A stretch of 20,000 nt of DNA. Origin: Proteromonas lacertae (lineage: Eukaryota). Below are positions 11,688-20,000 of the stretch, one piece after another. The notes beneath the pieces were generated by a model, which did no database searches, had not been told where the DNA came from, and was given only the letters and a program-made list of their open reading frames with translations. The stretch is taken from assembly GCA_002245135.1 (NCBI GenBank), contig NGBS01001189.1:57607-77606 (forward strand), in the 5' to 3' direction. Within the stretch, counting starts at the first letter, position 1; each line of letters opens with the position of its first letter. Both the position numbers and the translations under genes were made by a program.

Positions 11688-14600
11688 ATGATTAACAAGA
11701 AGTGCTTTACTTGTATTATAAATATGTTTATTATATAGACGGTTTAGTCATAGCAATTTTGTTTTGTGGAGTATGTTATTGTAGTGACAACCTAGGCGCA
11801 GAGATAACAGACTCCCCAACAACAAAACAACCAACAACTGCCGTTCAACCTAATATATTCCATCCAATTTCTGATGTAGTCATTGAAGTGTGTGGATTTA
11901 GACCAGAAACACCAGTTCCTACTTGGACTCCTATGACACCAGTTCCTACAACCCCATTACCACCAAGACCTACTCCAAGTAAACCTACAACGAGTATTCC
12001 AACAACATTGTCGCCTACAACTGCAGCACCTACTACATCATCACCAACTACTAGTTCAGCAACTACTGAAGCTCCAACTGGTAGTTCACAAACAACTGAA
12101 CCATCTGCAACAGAAACTACAACACAAGAAACAACTACTCAAGAAGCAACAAAAGAAAGTACAACTCAAGAAGCAACCACAGAAGCAGCAACTACAAAAG
12201 AAACTACAACTCAAGAAACTACAAAAGAAGCAGCAACAACACAAGAAGTAACAACTGAAGCAGCAACAACACAAGAAACTACTACTGAAGCAGCAACAAC
12301 TCAAGAAGCAACAAAAGAAGCAGCAACTACTCAAGAAACTACTACTGAAGCAGCAACAACACAAGAAGCAACAAAAGAAACTACAACTCAAGAAGCTACA
12401 ATAGAATCTGCAACTACTCAAGAAACTACAACTCAAGAAGCAACAACAGAAGCAGCAACTACTCAAGAAGTAACAACTGAAGCTGCAACAACACAAGAAA
12501 CTACTACTGAAGCAGCAACAACTCAAGAAGCAACAAAAGAAGCAGCAACTACTCAAGAAACTACTACTGAAGCAGCAACAACACAAGAAGCAACAAAAGA
12601 AGCAGCAACTACTCAAGAAGAAACAAAAGAATCTGCAACAACTCAAGAAACTACTACTGAAGCAGCAACAACTCAAGAAGCAACAAAAGAAGCAGCAACA
12701 ACACAAGAAACTACTACTGAAGCAGCAACAACACAAGAAGCAACCACAGAAGCTGCGACAACTCAAGAAGCAACAACACAAGAAGCAACCACAGAAGCAG
12801 CAACAACTCAAGAAGCAACAACTCAAGAAGCAACCACAGAAGCTGCGACAACTCAAGAAGCAACTACTCAAGAAGCAACCACAGAAGCTGCGACAACTCA
12901 AGAAGCAACCACAGAAGCAGCAACAACTCAAGAAGCAACCACAGAAGCAGCAACAACTCAAGAAACTACTACTGAAGCAGCAACAACACAAGAAGCAACA
13001 AAAGAAACTACAACTCAAGAAGCTACAATAGAATCTGCAACTACTCAAGAAACTACAACTCAAGAAACAACAACTCAAGAAGCAACAACAGAAGCAGCAA
13101 CAACACAAGAAACTACTACTGAAGCAGCAACAACACAAGAAGCAACAAAAGAAGCAGCAACTACTCAAGAAGAAACAAAAGAATCTGCAACAACTCAAGA
13201 AACTACTACTGAAGCAGCAACAACTCAAGAAGCAACAAAAGAAGCAGCAACAACACAAGAAACTACTACTGAAGCAGCAACAACACAAGAAGCAACCACA
13301 GAAGCTGCGACAACTCAAGAAGCAACAACACAAGAAGCAACCACAGAAGCAGCAACAACTCAAGAAGCAACAACTCAAGAAGCAACCACAGAAGCTGCGA
13401 CAACTCAAGAAGCAACTACTCAAGAAGCAACCACAGAAGCTGCGACAACTCAAGAAGCAACCACAGAAGCAGCAACAACTCAAGAAGCAACCACAGAAGC
13501 AGCAACAACTCAAGAAACTACTACTGAAGCAGCAACAACACAAGAAGCAACAAAAGAAACTACAACTCAAGAAGCTACAATAGAATCTGCAACTACTCAA
13601 GAAACTACAACTCAAGAAACAACAACTCAAGAAGCAACAACAGAAGCAGCAACAACACAAGAAACTACTACTGAAGCAGCAACAACACAAGAAGCAACAA
13701 AAGAAGCAGCAACTACTCAAGAAGAAACAAAAGAATCTGCAACAACTCAAGAAACTACTACTGAAGCAGCAACAAAAGAAGCAGCAACAACACAAGAAAC
13801 TACTACTGAAGCAGCAACAACACAAGAAACTACTACTGAAGCAACAACAACACAAGAAGCAACAACAGAAGCAGCAACAACACAAGAAACTACTACTGAA
13901 GCAGCAACAACACAAGAAACTACTACTGAAGCAACAACAACACAAGAAGCAACAAAAGAAGCAGCAACTACTCAAGAAACTACAACTCAAGAAACAACAA
14001 CTCAAGAAGCAACAACAGAAGCAGCAACAACACAAGAAACTACTACTGAAGCAGCAACAACACAAGAAGCAACAAAAGAAGCAGCAACTACTCAAGAAGA
14101 AACAAAAGAATCTGCAACAACTCAAGAAACTACTACTGAAGCAGCAACAACTCAAGAAGCAACAAAAGAAGCAGCAACTACTCAAGAAGAAACAAAAGAA
14201 TCTGCAACAACTCAAGAAACTACTACTGAAGCAGCAACAACTCAAGAAGCAACCACAGAAGCAGCAACAACAGAAGCAGCAACAACACAAGAAACTACTA
14301 CTGAAGCAGCAACAACACAAGAAGCAACAAAAGAAGCAGCAACTACTCAAGAAGCAACAACAGAAGCAGCAACTACTCAAGAAGCAACAACAGAAGCAGC
14401 AACTACTCAAGAAGCAACTACTGAAGCAGCAACAACTCAAGAAGCAACAACACAAGAAGCAACCACAGAAGCTGCGACAACTCAAGAAGCAACTACTCAA
14501 GAAGCAACAACAGAAGCTGCGACAACTCAAGAAGCAACCACAGAAGCAGCAACAACTCAAGAAGCAACCACAGAAGCAGCAACAACTCAAGAAGCAACAA

Positions 14601-17600
14601 CAGAAGCAACAACAACACAAGAAGCAACAACAGAAGCTGTGACAACTACTCCAGTTAGTGATGGAGAAAATCAAGGTGAAAATCCAAAAGATCCATCTGC
14701 TAGAGTATTGGAAAACAGTGGAATGAGAAAATTATTGACATATGATCAATGGCCACCAGTTATTGATGAAAATAAATTAAAAATTAATGCAACAGAAATA
14801 TTTATCGATTTATTGAATAAAAATGGAGTTGTATATGATAAAAACAATGTAATTGAAGTATCAGTTGAAGAAGTAAAAAAGGATGATCAATCTATTAAAT
14901 ACGAATTAAAAATCACAGGATTAGCAGTGAAAGATACAGAAAAATGGAAAGAAGTATATGGACAATTAGAAAACAATGATTCTCCATTCTATCAAGCGAT
15001 TAACATTAGTACAAATAGCAATCTATCAACATGTGCATTACCAGATCATATGAAACAATTAACACCATGTGGTTATGGTAAAACAGTGTTTGAATATCTT
15101 ACAGTAGAAAAAGGAATTGAAATAGTTTCACCAATTAATAAAGATGACAAAATTAAGGTTAAGTATGGTATTAGATGTGGAAAAAATGATTTTCTTACTG
15201 GATATGTAAATGGTAGTATAAAAGTAGATAAAGAAGTAGGTATTCAAAATACTTATTGTAGTATTACATGTAGAGCTGATGGTTATAGAACAAATTACAA
15301 TCAGTTATACTTCAAAATAACTGAATATACTCCATCTGTTAATAGAAAAGACAGTATATTTGTATCATCAGTAGAATCTGGTGAATCGTTTGATATTTCA
15401 ATTAAAATTCAATATCCTAATGTAGATCCAGCATTAGTAAAGGATGTTTCATTTGATCTAGATTTAGAATTAAGAGTAGTAGATGGTTCTAGTAATTGTG
15501 AATTATATGGAAACAGACAAGCATTATTAGATAAAGATAATACTTTAAAATTAAGTGGTTTATATATAACATGTAATGAGATAGGTGTATATACAATGAA
15601 AGTAAGATATTCAGTTAATGGATATAGTACTCCAAGTGAAGTATTTATTGCACCAATTGATATTGATAAAACAATTACAATTATAAAGAAACCCGAATTG
15701 AAGCCAAAACCAACAGAACCTGCAAATGGTGAAACTGTAGCTACTAGTGTTGATAATGGTATTGAATATGAATATGCATGTAAGAATAAATCACAATCAT
15801 ATGATTCATATTCTGGATTATGCTGTAAAAGAAATGAAGGTTATGGTGAAATCTGTACTACTTCAATTGTTGTTATTCCTTTCACTTCTTCTACCGAAAC
15901 TAGACTTTCTCAAAAGTTTATTAATGAATATTTAACATTATTAAAGAGATATGTATTCCATTTAAGTAATTTCAACTTCACCTATATTCCAACTAACGAT
16001 ATGAATATTAAAATAGAAGTAAAGTTCTTCCTTCATCATATATTCGGTTATGATGGCGTACTTGATGAATTAGTAAGAAGAAATAGAGTGTTACAAGAAG
16101 GTATAAATTGGGATCAAGTTACTAATCCATATTCATATGTTAATGCAGTGATTAACTTCTTAGAACCATCCGCAGAAGAGGAACAAGGAGATGGAACATC
16201 AACCAAACCAAATGATGATGAAAATTTAGCCAATCTATTGCCACCAGAGATAGTTAAAGCTATTCCAGATAGTAAAATTCAAGAAATGAAAACTTTTGTA
16301 AATGATGTGAAACAAAATGCACAAAGTCAATCATCTTATATTGCATCAGGTAATAATTTAGTTCTTGATGCAGATGTTGGTATTAATGTAATTGAAACAG
16401 TACAGCAAGATGTAGATATTCCAACAGTTCAAGAAAAGCAATATGCTGATTCTCCATCTAGTAGTGATGATAAGAATTGGGCTGAGAAATATTGGTATGT
16501 TATATTAATAATCTGTTTGGGATGTGTATTGATTATTGCTATTATTGGGATAATTGTAGCTGTTGCATCATCATCATCTTCTTCTTCTTCTTCTTCACCA
16601 TATAAATCAGGCAGACCAACAAAAAAATCAATTGATTCACGTGAAATGGCAGAATCTATAGTTACAGTAGATGAAGTGAGAAAAGAGAATAATATTGAAA
16701 ATGGAGAAGATGTCTATAAGCCATACAATCAAGATGTAATAATGGAAGGATATTTAATGGAAGATATTAAAGAAAGAGTAGTTAGTATTTGGCAAACTAG
16801 ATATGTTGTATTATTTTATAATCCTCCAATGTTAAGAATCTATGATTCTATGAATGTGAGTTATTTTGGTAAAGTCTATGTTAATGAAAGACAAAGTATA
16901 CCATTTACTTGTTATGAAAATGCTGAATATAGAAATGGAAATGATTATTTCAATTTAGTATTAAGAGTGAAAGATACAAAATCAAAGTCATTTGAACCAG
17001 GTGATATTGAGAAAATAATAACATTTAAATGTGAAGATAAAGACAGAATTGAAGTTATAAGAGAATGGGTTCAATGCATTAGAGATTATAAGAATCAAAA
17101 GCCAAAAGCAAAAGTAATGTACAAAAACAGTAATCCATTAATAGTAGATGGAAAAGGAAAAATAGTAACAGCAACTGATAAGACTGAAGAAAGAAGAACA
17201 GAAGAAAAAGTATATAATACAAAGAAATTCACATCTGATGGAAGAAGTAGAGTATCAGCTGTTCGTAGTTCATTTGTAGAATCAAATGTAGTAAATGATC
17301 CTAATACAATTAACCCACAACAACAACAACAACAACCAATTATATTATCAAATCAACAATCAGTAGCATATGTATCACGCTCAGCAAGTCAAAGATCAAA
17401 TACTGCATCTTCACAACCATTACCATATCCAATAATAGCTGAAGTAGAACACCAACCTAAGAATGAAATATTAATGGAAGGATTCTGCTTAATTGAATAT
17501 ACAGGTGGTTTATTCAAATCATGGAAGAAAAGATATTGTGTATTATTATTTGATCCAGATATATTTAAGATATATGATACAATGATTGAAAACTGTAATG

Positions 17601-18178
17601 GAAAAACGTACTTAGGTGAAAGAGATATTATTTCTTTAGATTGTTACAAAGATATTGAATATATAGGTGATAGACATGATTTTGTAATTGTCTTTAGTGT
17701 TAAAGATATTAGATATAAAGTATCAGAACCAGGTGATATGGAAAAGAGAATTCACATGAAAATAGAAGGTGGTGATTATGCTATGCAAATTGTGAAACAA
17801 TGGATTAATGCTTTTAAGAATCAAAAGCCAAAAGCATCTGATGCTTGGATAAATTCATCCAATAACAATAATCAGTCAGTTAGTCTTCCATATAAACAAA
17901 GTCCATCAAAACCAAACTTACCGCCTGCAATTCCTCAATATACACCATCACCCAGTAAATATCGACACTCCGAGTTAAGATCAAGTAGAATTAGAACTTC
18001 TAATACTTCTCAAATGGTCCCACCACCTCAAGCTCAACCAGTTGTAACTAATCCAGCTGTACCACAACCAGGTGAAGTAAAACCAGAGGAAGCCAAGCCA
18101 GTTGAAACAAAACCTGTTGAATCTAAACCTGTTCAACAAGAAGAACAGTGTAATAAACCTGAAGCACCAAGTGAGTAA
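11688..18178 (+). CDS. Type I transmembrane mucin-like surface protein with two cytoplasmic PH domains (~2154 aa)
   Basis: True ATG at 11688 with a 26-nt intron at 11713-11738 gives signal peptide MINKKCFTYGLVIAILFCGVCYC. Pro/Thr-rich stem, Thr/Glu/Ala/Gln repeat array ~12110-14650, Cys-containing globular ectodomain ~14740-16430, TM helix YWYVILIICLGCVLIIAIIGIIVAVA at ~16490-16567. PH-like domains at ~16733-17110 (IMEGYL..WQTRYVVL..LRIYD..EWVQCI) and ~17465-17836 (LMEGFC..FKSWKKRYCVL..FKIYD..QWINAF). Pro-rich tail; TAA 18176-18178. Confidence 0.9.
12110..14650 (+). repeat. Coding minisatellite array of 15-nt units (ATTQE/ATTEA/ATKEA/TTTEA) forming a 30-nt/10-aa period, with a higher-order 552-bp tandem duplication (~12554-13775)
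   Basis: For example 12901-12960 is agaagcaaccacagaagcagcaacaactca twice. The rare marker ATAGAATCTG (IES) occurs at 12401, 13028 and 13580 (the last two 552 bp apart). 12661 and 13213, and 12721 and 13273, match on spot checks. Confidence 0.95.
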
Positions 18179-18210
18179 GATTTGTAGTTATTATATAATC
18201 ATTTTTTATA

Positions 18211-18218
18211 TGTTTGTT
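18211..18218 (+). promoter_or_regulatory. TGTTTGTT element 32 nt downstream of the mucin stop; candidate Blastocystis-type polyadenylation element
   Basis: Exact TGTTTGTT. The same motif lies on the minus strand at 19470-19477 downstream of NIFK/Nop15, and a variant GGTTTGTT at 11469-11476 follows SPF27. Confidence 0.45.
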
Positions 18219-18271
18219 TAAATATTGAGAAAAATAAAAAAATACATCAAGCTTATGTTTGTGTTTTAAAA

Positions 18272-19351
18272 ATGAAAATTGTCGTTTATCTTCTTATCAT
18301 TGTTAGTTTAGCTCATGCAACTGTGATTAGTGAAAGTATGATAATCTGCTTTATATTATAGAATACAGAAAATTAGTTGACACAGTTAATAGAGCTAATT
18401 TGACATGGAAAGCTTCTTTATACTCAGTATAATATACTATATATAATATATTATATAGAACATTGAATTTTTAGTGTCTCTTAATTATTCTGCTCCAGAA
18501 GAACTGATATTTGAATATAAGAATGAAACTAGTTATGGAAATATGCCTTCATCTTTTAATCCGTCAGATAAATGGTATAAACTCATATTATAGTTTTATT
18601 TTTAGGAATTGTTCTAGTTTGAGTATATCTACGATACTGGCTCTTGTGAAAGTTCATTTGCTATTATACCAGTATCTGTAGCTAGTGACAGATATTGTAT
18701 TCATTTAGGAAAAAACTATCAATTATCAAGTGAAGAAGTGCTTTCATGTTGTGAGGATTGTGGAAATTGTGTAAAAGGGGGTATTTATTCTAGATCCTGG
18801 ATTTATATGAATGTATAATATAAATCATAATTTCATTCTTTTGTAGTATTGGGGTATTGCTACAGGTGGTGGTTATAACAAGACAGACTGTTGTATTCCC
18901 TATTCTCTACCTCCATGTGATCATTACCCTACAAATGAATACAAACCTTGTGAAAAACCAAAAACAACACCAAAATGTTCAAAGAAATGTCAATCAAGTT
19001 ACAAATACGATTATATGGAAGATATTCATTATATAGACATACCTTACAGTATAAGAGGTAAAAATTTAGAGTTTTGAATTATATACTTATGGACCAGTAT
19101 CAACTAATATCGATTTTTATGAAGATTTAATAGTGTATAGAAAAGGAATATATAGTCATTCTTTTGGTGAATATCTTGGTAGAATTCCAGTGAAAGTATT
19201 AGGATGGGGAATAGATGATGGTGTTAAATATTGGACAGTAGCAAATTCATGGAATAGTGATTGGGGTGAAAAAGGATTTATTAGAATTAGTAGAAGTGAT
19301 TCTTCTTTACATTTAGATGAAAAAGTGATTACTGCAATGCCTTTGTGGTAA
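18272..19351 (+). CDS. Cathepsin B-like papain-family (C1A) protein, catalytically inactive homolog (~318 aa); two frame breaks as assembled, pseudogene not excluded
   Basis: ATG at 18272 with signal peptide MKIVVYLLIIVSLAHA and propeptide LVDTVNRANLTWKA; introns 18336-18361, 18427-18458, 18575-18605, 18813-18846. Motifs PSSFNPSDKWNC, SDRYCI, LSSEEVLSCCEDCGNCVKGG, GIATGG..CIPYSLPPCDH (occluding loop), TPKCSKKC, YGPV, YEDLIVYRKGIYSH, VKVLGWG, YWTVANSWNSDWGEKGFIRI. One base missing at T-run 18618-18620 and one extra at T-run 19072-19075. Confidence 0.88.
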
Positions 19352-19375
19352 ATATTATAATTTATAGAATCATAA

Positions 19376-19393
19376 ATATATATATATATATAT
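19376..19393. repeat. (TA)n microsatellite 3' of the cathepsin gene; similar (TA)n tracts in introns 4700-4753 and 5935-5971
   Basis: Read directly from the sequence. Confidence 0.8.
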
Positions 19394-19511
19394 AATATAC
19401 TCTCATTTATGTTTTCTTTTTATTGAAACTTCTTTTTTTTAATAAACATCAAAAAAATATATAATATAAAACAAACAACAAATAAGATAGAAAAAATTAT
19501 TGAATAAATGA

Positions 19512-20000
19512 TCATTTTTTATTTGGTTTTTGATTCTTTTGTTTCTTTGTTTCTTTTTGTGATTTATCTTTTGATTCTTTCACTTTTTCACTTTCTTTTC
19601 ATCATTTACTACTTCCTTCTTTTCTACTTTCTTTTCTACTTTCTTTTCTTTCTTCTTTATTTCTTCTTTTGGTTTTTCTTCTGTTTTTTTAACCTCTTTA
19701 CTTTCTTCAGTTTTCTTTGGCTTTTTCTCTTCTTTCTTTGCGATTATTACTTTTGAGTTTTTATAACCATCAAAAGAAAACTTAATTCCTAATTTTTCAA
19801 GTTGCTTTCTTCGCTTTTCATCTCTTTTCAATAATCGCTCTTTGTCTACTCTTTGAAGTTTCTTGGTAATTTGGTCGTTTTCGACGATTTATATCAATCT
19901 TTTTCCAAGGAATTTTGTGATATTTTTTATTTGCACCTTTAAATAAGCCAACAAACACTTTTTCTTTTTGGTAATAGTTCTGCTTTAATTGTATGATTCA
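19512..20000 (-). CDS. NOP15: NIFK/Nop15-like nucleolar RRM protein (60S biogenesis), 3' part; 5' end beyond the window
   Basis: Corrected translation NHTIKAELLPKEKVFVGLFKGANKKYHKIPWKKIDINRRKRPITKKLQRVDKERLLKRDEKRRKQLEKLGIKFSFDGY plus a Lys/Glu tail matches the post-RRM NIFK/Nop15 signature (EKV..L(W/F)KGAN..IPW..LLKR..KR.K.L...GI.Y.F). Frame breaks at T-runs 19965-19969, 19870-19872 and probably 19584-19588. The likely real stop is TGA 19512-19514; the assembled stop is at 19580. Confidence 0.8.

Noticed and set aside
11702..11738. ORF-track start (GTG 11702, MLYLYYKYVYYID) for the mucin
   Set aside because: It reads through a consensus 26-nt intron (11713-11738). ATG 11688 gives a proper signal peptide.
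12110..14650. CRISPR-like or telomeric/satellite array
   Set aside because: No unique spacers. Units are multiples of 3 inside an intact ORF with signal peptide and TM helix, in a eukaryotic intron-containing context.
12086..14674. 862-aa Cys/Phe/Ser-rich antisense ORF (metallothionein- or keratin-like appearance)
   Set aside because: Shadow of the ACA/GCA/GAA/CAA mucin repeat, which has no stops in that reverse frame. It starts and ends with the array and has no independent gene signals.
19860..19975. A general stop-triggered +1 frameshifting mechanism explaining all frame breaks
   Set aside because: In NIFK the conserved residues (EKV, RLLKR) lie in the shifted frame well before the stop, and two breaks elsewhere are -1, so one programmed mechanism cannot cover them.

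Overview
Very AT-rich, gene-dense eukaryotic (protist) DNA. It has 24 inferable tiny GT-AG introns of 26-54 nt (23 start GTAT, all end TAG) and intergenic gaps of about 80-240 nt. A Blastocystis/Opalinata-like stramenopile is my best guess, but this is inference only. Seven genes can be reconstructed: (1) a 5'-truncated >2100-aa protein with repeated ASH/PapD-like Ig-fold signatures; (2) a coiled-coil/WW/ankyrin protein; (3) a divergent PA28/REG (11S) proteasome activator; (4) SPF27/BCAS2; (5) a ~2154-aa type I membrane protein with signal peptide, ~850-aa Thr/Glu/Ala/Gln mucin array, Cys-containing ectodomain, one TM helix and two duplicated cytoplasmic PH domains; (6) a cathepsin B-like protein lacking its catalytic Cys and His; (7) a 5'-truncated NIFK/Nop15. 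The most notable items are the mucin-TM-double-PH receptor, the PA28 with Tyr at the activation-loop position of the inactivating REG-alpha N146Y mutation, the cathepsin B pseudoprotease, and an exact 13-bp quasi-palindrome shared by two gene 5' regions. About eight 1-2 nt frame breaks, mostly in homopolymer runs, are most likely assembly errors.
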